A DNA stretch of 64,000 nucleotides from Lytechinus pictus (lineage: Eukaryota): assembly GCF_037042905.1 (NCBI RefSeq), contig NC_087251.1, positions 34,784,001 through 34,848,000 on the forward strand, in the 5' to 3' direction. Positions 26,080 through 47,341 of the stretch are shown in pieces (the stretch's first letter is position 1; every line of letters starts with the position of its first letter). The notes under the pieces were generated by a model. The model searched no databases. It was given only the letters and a program-made list of their open reading frames with translations, and was not told the origin of the DNA. The position numbers were made by a program, and so were the translations under genes.

Positions 26080-27369
26080 ATAATGGGCATTTTTTCAACT
26101 ATGCCAGCTCTTATACAGGGTGAATTAGTATCAATCAATTAATTTGTAACTATAAAAGACGAAACTGTTAATCGAGTTTAAAAACAAACACGTATGATTA
26201 CTTATTAAAACCTACACTGATTTCTATTTAAAGATCAATTGATAAATCATAAAAAATGAAAAATCATTAGTATATAGGCGTGTTAAAACCGGAAAACAGT
26301 AGAGGAAACAAACTGATTTTTTTTTAAGGGACAACCACTTTTCAATGAGAGAGGGAGAAAGAAAGAGAGGGAGAGAGAAGGAGGGAGGAGACTCCGCTGG
26401 TGTTTCATTCCTATCATCATATATCTACATAACAAATTTGGGAAACTTCGTATGCACTATTATGTAACTCTTTCAAGGCCTCAGTTATTTTGTTATTCAA
26501 TTGGAATTTCAATTCAAATAAAACATTTGTTTTCTTCCATTTCATCACATATTTTTCTTGTAAACATAAATTCATACATAAATCAATTTGTTATGAAAAA
26601 TATAAATATGTATATGTTGGGATTAAGGAAGAAGGAAATCATACGGGCATACGGGTCATCTCGAACGCCCCCTGCCCTTTCCTCCATGTGACAGCTTTCA
26701 TTATTATATTGTCTGTGTATGATTGGATAAATAATAGACCATGTATTTGATATACATTGTGCACGTATTTGTTCTTTTTTTTTTCATTGTGAACTTACAA
26801 TGTAAGTCTTCGGTCTTGTTGATGAATATTTTCAATAAAACAGAATTGAATTTGAATAAGACGGGCATTCAGGTGCCACCACCCCGAGATTGTAAATGGC
26901 TGATATAACAAAAATATACAATTAGCTGCATTTTTTACTGACCAGTCAGTATCTCTGAAAACTGTTGCTATCAAATGGTTTGACCAGAAATTTTCAGACG
27001 CACCGCAGTTACTTTTAGCAGGTGTGTTGCATTCTTACGTCATAAACCAGACTTTTTTTCTCGAGGATTGCACGAGCGAAATAACAAATGGACGTGGATT
27101 CATCGCTCTGTGGTCTATTCAATGGCTTGTTACAATGAATGAATACAGTATTTGAATCGAATGCTCATAATAGGTCTTTGGCAAATGCCCAGATACAGAT
27201 GTTATAAATAATTCACCTCTCAAGATTTTATTTCGGTATCAAATGACAAATTAAAAGGGGCGTTTTTTTAAGTTTGCCTCCCCTTTCACCAGAATTTGTT
27301 TTCCATTGTGCTCTATCCTTTGTGATTAGTTTCTCCTTTCGAATTAATTTCTTCTTTTAAATCAACATA

Positions 27370-27570
27370 TTATTTATTATTTATTTATTCATTCATCCAT
27401 TCATTCATTCATTCATTCATTCATTCATTCATTCATTCGTTCGTTCGTTCGTTCTTTCGTTCATTCATTCATTTATTCATTCATTTATACATTCATTCAT
27501 TCGCTTATTCATCCATTCACATTTTTATTCATTTATTTGTTTATTTATTTATTTATCTATTAATTTACTT
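27370..27570. repeat. Compound microsatellite (TTTA)/(TTCA)/(TTCG)
   Basis: Directly visible tetranucleotide repeats. Confidence 0.95.
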
Positions 27571-28538
27571 GTTTGTATGCTTGTCGGCTAACTATGTATG
27601 ATTATATATCAAATGGGTCCCCGGGGGAGCGTTTCATGAAGGACTTGTTTTATTCGACACTGTTTTATCCGAAAGTTGCCATAGAAACAGTGATCCTCAG
27701 CCGATCAAAATCAAGAAAAATTGTCAGATCTGACAACTTATTGGATGAAAATGTTGATCAAACGCTCTCCGGGTCTAAAATTTTCATATGTAAATAACTA
27801 AATTTACAAAGAAAAACGCTGGAGATTTCATTAAATCTGATAATAAAAAAATGACGAAATTATTATTGAATTTTGAAAGCTAAGCAACATTTTAAGAGAA
27901 TCGTTTAATGCACGCCGCCATGAATATTCATTAGATGTGATGAGATGTCATATCCTCACTTTCCTTTTTCTTATGTGATTACTTGAAATCATAATTATTT
28001 CAGATTTTCACACATTTCTGCACGATATGCCTCCATTGTAACAGAATGAGTTACACAAATGAATATTTTATGCAATCAGATGTCAGTTTCCTCATTCTTG
28101 GTAGACAAATTTTTGAATAAATTTACAATTTATAATAGACTATAAAAGAATAAGTAGGGATATGATATCGCCAGCGTTCTCATAGCATATCCATTTCGAC
28201 AGTCATAGACTGCTTCACCGAAATTATGCAAAGCTTTAAATGGTCATCACTATGTTAATCATTGTCCAATTTTGATCAAAATGTCAGTATTTTGTTTGAC
28301 TGATTTTACTTACTATTATTATATATTTACATGTTATTTCTCATCCTGGAGTACCCCCATAACAAAGACTTTACCTATCCCCTTAAAATATTGTTATTAA
28401 TTTGAACTAACTCCAAAGAAATAAAACTGTCCAGTCAAAGGATATTGATAATATACAGATGTAAGGAGTTTTTTTTTATTTAATTAATTAATTAATTATT
28501 TTTTTCTATTTTTATTTTATTTATTTATTCATTCATTC

Positions 28539-28569
<31 letters not shown>

Positions 28570-30776
28570 TTTTTTTTTTTTTGGGGGGGTCAAAGATATC
28601 TCCCAGATCGATGGTTTACAAACATCTAAACATGCATGACAATATGTAACTTTATCCCAAACTAACTCAGTCACAAAAATATTCAAAAATTAACTCACAC
28701 AAAAATTAACCTCCAACCTAAAATAACAATGAGTAGCTTCCTTGTGATAGTGTGGAGTATATTGTGATTTTTTTTTCATTACTGTGACATCGTGTTTTTT
28801 TAATTGTAAGTTGTGGGATCACTGGCTGCCATTTCGAGTGTGAATGGGCGAGAAGGTATAACTTTGTTTACGAATAAGCCGAAGACTGTTGCTATGAATG
28901 GACTCTTGGTATTTATATTCCCAATGTCAGGAGGTGACAAATTATTCCAGGCTCCTTGTTTTTCGACTCGCTCACATTCTTCAGATTGTTTAAAAGAGAG
29001 ATGCTGTACATAGGGAAAACGGAGAGAGAGAGAGAGAGAGGGAGAGGGGGAGAGAGAGTTATGTAATGTGGGGTAAGAGAATTGTAGAAAAGAAGTGAAA
29101 AGGAACAGGTGAAATAGATAACTATGGCGTGGCAGATGCTAGGAAAAAGAGATGACATCTTTGAGCCGATTGGCTGTTTGAAAGACGCAAGTTGGAATAT
29201 CGAAGAGAAAGAGTGGATGAGAGAGTTACGTAAATATAAGGAACAATGGCGAGCCGGAGAACTCAAATTTGGAAAATCAATTCGTTAAGTAATCAAGTCC
29301 CGGTTTCTAATGTTGAGGAGGAATAATCTGACACACTGCGTCGCGGTGACGTCGCGCGGTTTTGGGGCATAAAATTATGAAATGGAAGTGATTTGCTTGA
29401 AGTTAATTTTGTGAATTATGCTGGTTAATTTTCAGAGTTATACTTAATTTTCTAAGTTATGTAAAAGTTAGTTTCCGAGGCTAAATTATTGTCATGTTCT
29501 ACATGACTACAACTTAGTATAATTTAGCCTCAGAAACTAACTTTAAAAGAAAATGAAACCCCAAAGTTAATATCAATATCATTGATAAATACAAGATAAT
29601 CAAAATGAATAACCGAATCCGATTTTACTTCTTTGATCGAGGGAATGGGGGAAATAGAGAAAGAGAGGGGGAAGGGAGGGGGAGAGAGAGGGGGGGGGGG
29701 GGAAAAAGACGACGAAAAATGAAAATGAATAAAAGGGTGGAAAGAAAAAAAGCAGGGAATCTGAATTACAAAGAGAAAAAAAACACAAATGGTTGGTGGT
29801 GTTGTGATGATCTGATCTTAGTTGACTGGTGTTGTTACGTCATCACATCACAGTGATGATGTCATGTCCCACTTCCCTTTTTTCTTATTTGTTATTACAT
29901 GAAATCATGATTATTTCATATTTTTACACATGTGTGTATGTCCCCCTTGTGACAAGAAAAGTTGCAGCAAAGATTATCTTACACCCTAAATCAGTAGCCA
30001 ATCCACTTTTTCATTCTTGGAGACCAAAATTCGAAATTTCATATAATAAAATACAAAAGAATAAGTGGAGATATGACATCATCAGCTCATTGCTCATACT
30101 GTTTCACCGAAATAATACCAAACTTTGAAATGTTATAACTTTGTTATTCCTTGTCCGATTTTGATGAAATTTTCAGTATTGTGTTTACCTGATTTTACAT
30201 AAAAACTCCAGACTTGAGGACTACCACCCCTCTAAACTGAAAAAGAAACATATCACTGTCCCATTTTAGAAATTAAAATATAAAATTCATCTCGCGCTTC
30301 TTGCTCGTAATTTTTAGATTTATATATCGCTCTTTTCTTATATGAAGCAAAATAATGTAATGCTCTTACAAGCTAGAAAAGTCTGTTAGGTTTTCGAGAT
30401 GACCTTTGGGGTGCATTTTGTTTGATTCCTATTCCTTTTAAAGCAACAATGGATGGAATGGATTCAGTTAAAAAAACGTTTAACAAAATATTTCTTATGA
30501 AAGATTCTTACTTGATATTCGGTATAATAGCAAATGAAATTGTTCGAAATCATGGATATAATTTTTGAAATACTCGGGAAGTGATCGTACTATACTCCTA
30601 CTTTGAAAGACTTAAAGAATGACTAACAAACAACGATGTCTGACAGACAGAATGACTGACAGACAAAAGTGTCTGACAGACAGAATGGCCGACAGGCAGA
30701 ATGACTGACAGACAAAGTTTATAAACTAAACTAAACTAATTTATAAATGGTTAAGTGATTAGGCCTATATCACAGA

Positions 30777-31914
30777 TCACATTTGTAAAATGATTTCGAG
30801 AAATATTGGTATCATAAATAAAGTAAAAATTTTCTTCCCCACCCATACATTATTTAATTTGTATTCAACTTTGATTCTGCCGCACTTAAAATATGGTATA
30901 ATAGCATGGGGGAATTGTGCTGACAGCCTCGTCAACAGAATTCTACTTTTGCAGAAAAAGGTTATGCACATTATTTGTCATACAGATTTTCTTTCACACA
31001 CTGATGCTCTTTTCTACAATCATAATATTTTGAAGGTCGGTGATTTATATAGTTATATATGTAATATGTATACTTTAGATAGAAATGAACTACCAAACGT
31101 TTTTTATTCCATGTTCACTAAAAATGCCAGTATTCATCACTATCCAACAAGGTCCGCCGGACTATTTCACCCACCAAGAGCTAGAACAATCCTTCTGAAT
31201 AAAACATTTATTTTTACCGGTACAAAACTTTGGAACTCTTTTTTGGAATCCGTTTCAGTAATGGGTTAAAGAAAATTCTTCTCCACAAATATAAACCGCA
31301 GAACTCCAACGTCTTCACCTGTAAAGCATGCAGCTTCCTCTTCTTTTTCTTTTTCCTATTCTCTCTTCCCCTCTCCTCACACTTTTGTCTTCTCTTTTAA
31401 TTCTTAATGTGCAGTTTTCTTGTTTGTTTTGTCTGTTTTGGTCTTTTGGATTGTTTTCTGTAGTGGTTTTGTGTGTGTGTGTTTTTTGTTTCTCTGTCCT
31501 GTTTTGTCCTGTCTTGTCCTCCTCTGAACAGTGTCTTTGTTTTAATTTCTGTTATTAATATTCCGTCTTGTCTTGTCTAATTTATTTTATAAACACTATC
31601 TGAATCGTTGTTTTGTATATTTTCTTCGATACCATGGGTATGTGATTGTATAATATTTTGTATTGTGCATAATCATACGAAGCTTGACCCCATTAGTATT
31701 TTTCAATTATTCTACTGAACATTGTTGATTTCCATTTGTATTTGATAAATTTTAATCAGTAATTTATTTCAGGGGACTCACATAAACAAGCGATGCTTTC
31801 CAGTGAGTTCCCTTTTTTCATTTCTGTTATTCATATTCTGATTTTTTCCTACTTACTTTGTCAATTTGTTTGTAATTAAGAAGAATAAATTCAATCAATC
31901 ATTCAATCAATCAA
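30777..31914 (+). mobile_element. CR1/L2-group (Crack/Daphne-like) LINE 3' fragment
   Basis: ORF 30790-31269 LYSTLILPHLKYGIIAWG..LQKKVMHII..YPTR..GTKLWNS is a typical post-RT domain. It ends in a (TCAA)n tail. Confidence 0.85.
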
Positions 31915-33518
31915 TATATAGGTCCAGGAAAGGTACGCATTATTATATAAAAATATATATATTTTTTTCAAACCTGATGATCTGAATTGATTAAATTCAT
32001 CTATCTTTAAAAAAAATCACTTCACCCCTTTGAAAGCATGTAACCTTTAAGAATTCAACTATCAAATTCCAAATAAGAAAAGAAAATCATTTGACGCTGT
32101 CTCTCATATATTTGTTCTTTCAAATTAAATATATCGTATAGTGTTTATGTGTGTTGGTGATATATAGGCTACTTTGATGTTTATTTTTCTATAATGCAAA
32201 ACTTTAAAATGCCACAACTTGTTATTCCTTCCTTGTCCGAATTTGATTAATTTTGATGTTTTCTGATTTTATTTGTTCAAATCATAATCATTTTCAGCCT
32301 GGATCCCTTTAATCTCTTATTCATGAGAATCCATAGTGAACTGAAGCTTCTTAATAGTACAATAGGTAAGAACTTTAAAGCACTCGTTTAATATCTCACT
32401 TAATCATATAGGATTTGGTGATTCCGTCACACAGTGTTAGTCGTTTCGAAAGTTGGACATCATATCCTCGATCACCTTTTAATCAATCTTGAAAATTAGT
32501 GAAAGAATGACTGACAGACTAAAGTGTCTGACAGACAAAATAACTGACAGACAGAATTGACAGACAAAATACAGACAAAATGACCGGTCGACAGGCAGAT
32601 TGACTGACAGACAAAATGTCTACCACATTATCTGTTTCTTTTTTAACTCTCTCCTATCCTTCTTCTTATGCTTTGTTTATCAGGGGTTGGGTGCGGCCGG
32701 GGTGTTTTCTTTTGTGTCTGTGTATCATTATTATGACTTCCTCATTGAAAATGAAAAAAAAAATCATGTTCAACTTGAAAGATTATAAGTGTGTTTGTGT
32801 TTTATAATTACATTCAGAGAATGAAATCATGTTTAATTGTAGTTGCGTGAATTCTGATTTAATTATGTTAATGATTTTGTGTTATTCATTACTTTAACAT
32901 GTTATGTATGAGAGGAAGAAAAAAAATGTTTCAGGGGGAATCTATTCTAGATGGAGGGCGCCTTTTGATGGGCACAGTAAGGTGCCTCCCCACATTTTAA
33001 AGCACCCCACCCCCCCCCCTTGTCCACCATACGAACTCATTTTCAGGGAGGGGGTAACAGAGATTAGTGTTATATTGTATCAGCAAGATAATAGGTTACA
33101 TTATTCTCGTGGGGGGGGTCAGAAAATTTTGAATCACTCTTTCAAATATCTAACTTCTGAAAAATGCCCTCTTTCTTATGCACGAGCACTACCAGCTGAT
33201 TTCGCAATACGAAATGTTCTATCGATTTAATACTCTAATACAAGAGTAATAATCTACAATAATAATATGCGATTTTGTTATCATTTAATTGTAATTAGTA
33301 TAAATAAAATAATTAAAGTAGAATAATATATTCAAATTAAGATTTTTGATGATTAAATTCTGATTGTATTTTTTTTTTGAAAAAAATATTTACAATCTGT
33401 GACTCAATGATATGAGGTGGAGAATTTGCGAGTGAAAAATATAGCAGCTAGAATCAACTGTACACACAGCTGATTTTATTTGTCAGAGAGAATAACACTG
33501 ACTGAACTGTCTTTTAAA

Positions 33519-41018
<7,500 letters not shown>

Positions 41019-41826
41019 GGAATCCAACTTGTGATTATTATCATCAATCGCTTCATCCCAGACCCATCAGCCGTGTGAATCATGTACGCCCCCTTGATGC
41101 TGACTGGTCAATATCTGACTGGTCCCTATCTGACAGGTCCATATCTGACCACTACATTTTGACCGGTCCATTTCTGACCGGTTCATACCTCTTGACATCC
41201 TTTCCTTCCTGCTGAAGTTCGTATTTTCAGGTGAAGCACCCGGTACAGAGTATATCGTGAAAGTCATTATTATTTTTTTTTTGGCTGTATTTGATAAACC
41301 AATCAATATGTGGTTATAAGCTACTGTTAAAAGCTATTGAAATTGTGCCATTTGAATGTCTGAGAGCAAATTTGCTATTTTCCAGTAATATTCAAGGAAA
41401 AAGTATCATTGCATTGATATTCAATTAAAAACATCTCGGTGTTTCAGTTACATATATGCAATGCATGTTCACCATGTGAATAACCACTGAAAGCAGACTA
41501 GGAGGTTTATTTTATTGATGGAAAAGTCTTATTGCACAAAATTTACGTTGATTAATGCATCCTGTATTTTAGATATAAATCTACTCAGATATTTTTCACC
41601 ATTGCTTGGAAACTGACTTATTATTTTTGTTTTATTTATTTTTTTTATTATTATTATTTTTTTTGGGGGGGAGGAGGGGTGGGGGAGCAATCATAGCCTG
41701 TTAAGTATAGTTGAAATGGTACAAATACAGGTTAAAAATGTTTTGGGTGGAGGTGGCCAGATTATCATCTGAACTTTGACTTACATGTACAATCTTTTTT
41801 TGCAATAACTCATGTATATATACATT

Positions 41827-43151
41827 AGGCCTGGGACGAATGTCAATTTTACCATTCGATTATTTCCTGAAAAAACAATCGAATCATTCGATTGTTCGTT
41901 GGGAAGATCGTCTTCTAAGCCAATAGTTGACCTAATTATGAAGACCTCCCAAAAAGGGTTTCAATAACATCTAGGGTGGAGTATTATATGTTCCTTATAA
42001 ATGAAAGTAAGCCCCTTCTCTTTGAGGTCTATTACAAAAGAAACTATATGAAATGAGATTAAAACTTTCACTTTATTGTTCCAATGAAAAATCTTTCCTA
42101 AATCAATGCTTGTATTATACATCCCTCCAAGTGCAACACCCCTGCATATGAATGAATCAGCCTACCATCTTAGGTCCAAGTTACGTCTCTGTAAACAACT
42201 CATTCATGAAGTATTCTTTGAGACAGACACGCATGTGGTACATTTTACTTAAATAGAAAAATTTCATCCATTGCCCACACCATGCCCCAACCCCCACCTG
42301 TGGCAATGCCCACGATGTTAAAAATATTTTGCAAAATATTTTTCATTTGAAGTACCTCTCAAAATTGCAATATTTTACCATTTGAACCTATAACTGGGTC
42401 TATTTTAGTAGACTAGCGACATCTACAATTAGGTGATGGGCGTGTTGGAATATTGGTTTGATTGTGTGAGTGGGGGAGGGGCCGTGGCTAAAAAGAGATT
42501 GCATTGTTTTGAAACATAAAAAGAATGTTTGCTTCCACCGCTATCTTTCTCTCTCACACACACCCACACACAGAGATGGGGGGGGGGGTCAATTTGTTTC
42601 TAAAGTCATGACCTTAGTGGCTTCTTCTTTGTCTCCCAAAAGTTTCATTGGCCATCGATGGTCCAATCACATATCCGATATGTGATTGGACCATCGATGG
42701 CCGATGAAACTTTTGGGAGACAAAGAAGAAGCCTCGGCTCAAGTCAGCTACATGTAGTTGTGTGTGTGTGTACTTTCTGTTTTAAGCACACAGACATGCA
42801 ACCATAGTTATATTCACCTATGCATACAACATACATTGTGTATTGAGGGCATGCTAGGCCGGGTGGGATTAAAATTTTCGGACCTCTTTCCGGTTGGTGT
42901 TTAACAGTGAATGTGATACAATCATTGTTCATTTTTGACAAATTACATCGGTAACATAATTTTTAAACCTGTATCAAGTAATTAAAAGCAATTGTTGTCA
43001 TTTTGTTACTATTACTTGAGTATTTGAGTTATCCCAAGTGTCTAATCGGGGTCTGCTGAACATTCGATTAGTGTAAATTTTGCTTATCGGTTAGCGATCG
43101 GCGACAAGCCATTCGAACCATTCGATCAATCGATGTTTACTCCCAGGCCTA
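41827..43151. mobile_element. Non-autonomous TIR element downstream of the Rab4 stop
   Basis: Ends (T)AGGCCTGGGA...TCCCAGGCCTA with subterminal ATTCGAT repeats. Confidence 0.6.
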
Positions 43152-44829
43152 ATATACATCACAATAACAGGAGCTTACATATACTTCCAAGTGTGTTGGA
43201 TTAATGAGGAATTGGTCTCAGTGGATAATACTGTTATGCTTTATGCTAATTACTCTTTTCATGGAAGAGAAAAAGTCTCAATTATTAATCCTTCATGTAC
43301 AGTATGTACCTCTGTTAATAATTGAAACAAAGATCCAAGATCTATGTGATCTTTGATAATGACCATCTAGGGAGACTATCGAAACCGCATTGTTGATGGT
43401 ACAAAATTACATATTATTTTTGTTGGTTTTAATATTTTCACATATCTTTCCCCTTCATGTATGGCCATGCATAGGTCCTTATAATACACATTATATCTTG
43501 CCTGTACATAAATGTTGAAGAAAAGTACTTTTACTGAAAGTTTTGACAATACAAGCATGACATCACATTGTTTTTTAATTTTTCTTATCATTAATTTATT
43601 GTGATAGATAATAAGATATGATCTAAAGATCTCACACTACATGGAGTGATTTGTGGAACTGATGAAAACTGTTGAATAGCCTGGTTTACAATATGTTAGC
43701 TCTTTCAATGTTTGCCATTGGTGAGAATAGTTTTATCATGAATTATTAGTTCTGAATGAATTCAATGAATTAGGAAGGCAATGTTAGAAAAGTTGGTGCC
43801 AACTAATGGGGCAACCATTCTTGTAATGCTTGTTTTATTTTGTTATAAACACTGCTTATATTGTATGCTTTTAAAGTGTATTCCTTGTATTCCAAGATCC
43901 TACATTTTCATTATGGTACCAAATATATCTTTGAATCCATATAGAGGCTTTATTACAAATTATAGTTATTTTATAGCAAAATTGCAGATAATGGATTAAC
44001 TTATGATTATTGTAAATACTACTATCAGATCATGTAGATTTATATATGCATGTCACAAAACAAGCATATATCTTTAATTGTGGTAATATAATTATTCTCT
44101 GTATAATATAATTTGTGCGCCTTTATGTCTGTTTTCATGTCATGTACAAGTAATCGTTATCATCTAGTAAATTTTATTTCACAAAGTAATTAAAGGATAT
44201 CGTTCTTGTATAGTTCAATTATGACATTTTTTTCATCCTCTACATGTATTTCATGAAATAGTTGTATATCAATCGGATGTTTAATGTGTTTCTCTTTTAT
44301 TATCACTTCATTAAATTAATGTACTACCGGTAATTATATGCACTTTCTTTACAACTACAAAAGACCCCTGAAATTGGGTTGTCATTACACTTGATACAAA
44401 ATTTAATTTTGATTGAACAAATGTGGGAACATTGTCCACATATTTGAAATATTTAAAACCCTAAAACTTATTGAGAAAATTAAAATGCATGAGGGCAATT
44501 CCATAAAATATGTACGTCTGACCCCCTTTATGTGGGACCTTCATTAAATTTGTTATCTCTGATTTCTTGTTCTTTTGACAGTCTGTAATGTTCTCAAAGG
44601 ACCATGACTTGGTCAGTTTATAAAGTGAAGTAAGACTTGAGAAAACTGTTGGGGGGGGGGGGTCGGACGTACAAAAAGGTTGATCATTTTATGGAATTAC
44701 TCATGAGATACTATTATATACGAGATTTACATTTACTGGAAAAATTGTGTACTTTTATTCAGCGTGCAAGTTAATCGTAATGAACTAGCAAATCAAATTA
44801 ATATATCCCAGTTATTGACAGTAAATTAT

Positions 44830-45057
44830 GATATATTCCAAGGCGCGTTATCATTAGCCTTAGCTCAGTGCATTCAAGGAATTATTCTTGCTAGGTACCA
44901 ATTCACCTCATCTGGGTTGAGTGCACCACAACGTGGGTAAATTTCTTGCTATGTGGATGAATTTTTTTGCTGAAGGAAACATGCCATGGCTGGGATTCAA
45001 ACTGATGACCCTCTGATCTAGAGACGGGAGTCAGAATGACTAGACCATGATGCACCC
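44830..45057 (-). mobile_element. Decayed tRNA-derived SINE, same family as 52657-53340
   Basis: The reverse complement gives GGGTGCATCATGGTCTAG..TTTGAATCCCAGCCATGGCATGTTTCCTTCAGCAA, matching the + copy. Confidence 0.7.
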
Positions 45058-45377
45058 ATTATAAATCTAACCTGACTAACAAGATGGAGTCATCTGCAGA
45101 TTATTGAATATTTATCTTTTGCTATCAAATTTTGCAATTGTGTCAATCAATGTAAAGTTGTATTCATGTGGAATATTTTATTATATCTTTGTTTTATGGT
45201 TAACTTTATTTAGTCCATATATGTATTTTCACCTAAAAACCTGAGAGTATAAATGTGAAATATCTGGAGTATGGGCATAATGATTTAGGTGTAGGTTTGT
45301 TGAACTTGAAATAGGGTGGCAAATAAGTACTATTCATATGCACATGTACATTGTAGGTAGATAAAACCTACATGTAG

Positions 45378-45522
45378 ATGTTCCTTTATGGTTCAAAAGT
45401 TCTTGTCTACAATTGTGTTTGTTCTTTATGTTCCTTTATGGTTCAAAAGTTCTTGTCTACAATTGTGTTTGTTCTTTATGTTCCTTTGTGGTTCAAAAAT
45501 TCTTGTCTACAATTGTGTTTGT
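45378..45522. repeat. 50-bp tandem repeat, ~3 copies
   Basis: ATGTTCCTTTATGGTTCAAAAGTTCTTGTCTACAATTGTGTTTGTTCTTT repeated. Confidence 0.95.
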
Positions 45523-47341
45523 CTCATGTACAGCAGAGCGAGTTTACTGACACCTGTATCAGTGATGGCATCTAAAGTTTGAAAATGGGTTGGTACCGGC
45601 CCAGTTCATAGGTTGAAAAGTCAATGAACTTCTGCAAGAGCACTGCGATGTGAGTTAGCATCAACATATTCATAAAATCGTTATGTCACTTGAGGGCACA
45701 GATTGAGTTAGAAATATATGTCAAAAGGTCAGTTACATCATTGAAAGCCCCATAATGATTGGCAATTGATATTTTATACCTTTAAGCAAGACTGTTTGGC
45801 TTTTGGTTTAATTTATTGTATTTATCAACAGTAATGGATCAATCACAGTCTATAACTCATGCATCCTCTCAGGTCACAAAGGCACAGTCGCTAACTGAAC
45901 TTTGTAATGAATGATATTTTTTTCTAATTTTACTAGTGTACCTAGGTGTTGTAATGACCTTGTCAGTACTGGTGCCCGTTTCATAAAACTTGTTATAATA
46001 ACAAAATTGCAATAACAGTTAAAAGCTACTGAAATCCTTCAATCTGATTGGCTGATAGTAAACTTGTTATTATAACAAGTCTTTATGTGATGATGATGAT
46101 GATGCACAGCATTTGTATAGCGCCATATATCTGTCAAAGACATTCAAAGGCGCATTTTTGGAGGAGCCAGCCAATCTGGGTTGCCTAGAAGGGCGCGCAC
46201 ACAGAACTGTGACCCGCAGGTCTCTCCTCCCGATATAACTGATTGGGGGAATGCAGGTGGACCACTACACCGGGATTTCCCCCTAACAGCACCCTGGTTT
46301 TAAGACATTCTACTTTGTTGAAAAGTGATTGGATCATGAACTACAATCGAGGCAAAATCCAAGCAATATCTAAGCACTCTAGTATGAAATTCACTGGTCC
46401 CCTACGAGAAATGGTAATAACGTGCATTTGTGGATAATTGATTTAAGGAAATTGATTGAAGGTGTGTGAATTCAGAAAATACTGCACAGCATATCGAGAC
46501 AGATACCATGATTTTATGCACAACCGATTTATGAAATCAGTAAAGCAGCTCCTTTTTGCCTGGAAAATTATTTTAACCAAAAAATAACTGTGATGTTTAA
46601 TGAAGACTTGATTAGATAGTATATGTTTATAGTTTTAATTCTGTAATAAAGATATAAAGTATGTGTAAATAATTGTGTTCATGGTTGCTTATTGTACATG
46701 CAGTCGCAAATATATATATATGTGTATCTCCGATTCCCTGTGCTCTTTTTCTATATTACGAACTATCAACATTTTTCTTTTTCTTCAGTAGTGGAGAATG
46801 TAAACCGATGTAGTTTTCTTTTCATTCAAAACAAGGATTGAGAATTTGTTTTCTTGTGAAATATATATATATTTTTTGATAGTTTATTTCCATCTTTCTC
46901 TGTTATCGCAGAAACTACCATGTAATGAATATGTTGGTGTGATTGTTGAATGAAAGCCGAGTAGAGAATACTTTGCCATGTAATAGTACCAGAGAAGAAT
47001 GTATCCATGAATGAAATGAACATATTTGTTATATAAAATAAATGTTATAATAATGAAGAAAAAAAAATTGTGGTAGTGTTATTTCTTTGTGTAAGATATG
47101 CACTAAAAGACTGTCTTGTGATTGCTTATTTGATTCAGTACAATTAGGCTGGCAGAAAGGCAGTAGGAGGCTTGTGCGTGCAGCTGGAATAAGGGCGTGA
47201 GCTCAAGCATGCTTTACGCCAATTGTACGATGTGCATGAGAGTTAACGTTCTTCTGTCGGACAGAGTGGGAACTGACGTAGGCATAAATCCCAAAGCCCT
47301 TCTACCAGCTAAGTGATGAAACAAAAACAGTATTATTTCTA

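Noticed and set aside
27676..27689. RFX X-box-like GTTGCCATAGAAAC
   Set aside because: It lies inside a small MITE-like inverted repeat, far from the ciliary gene's promoter.
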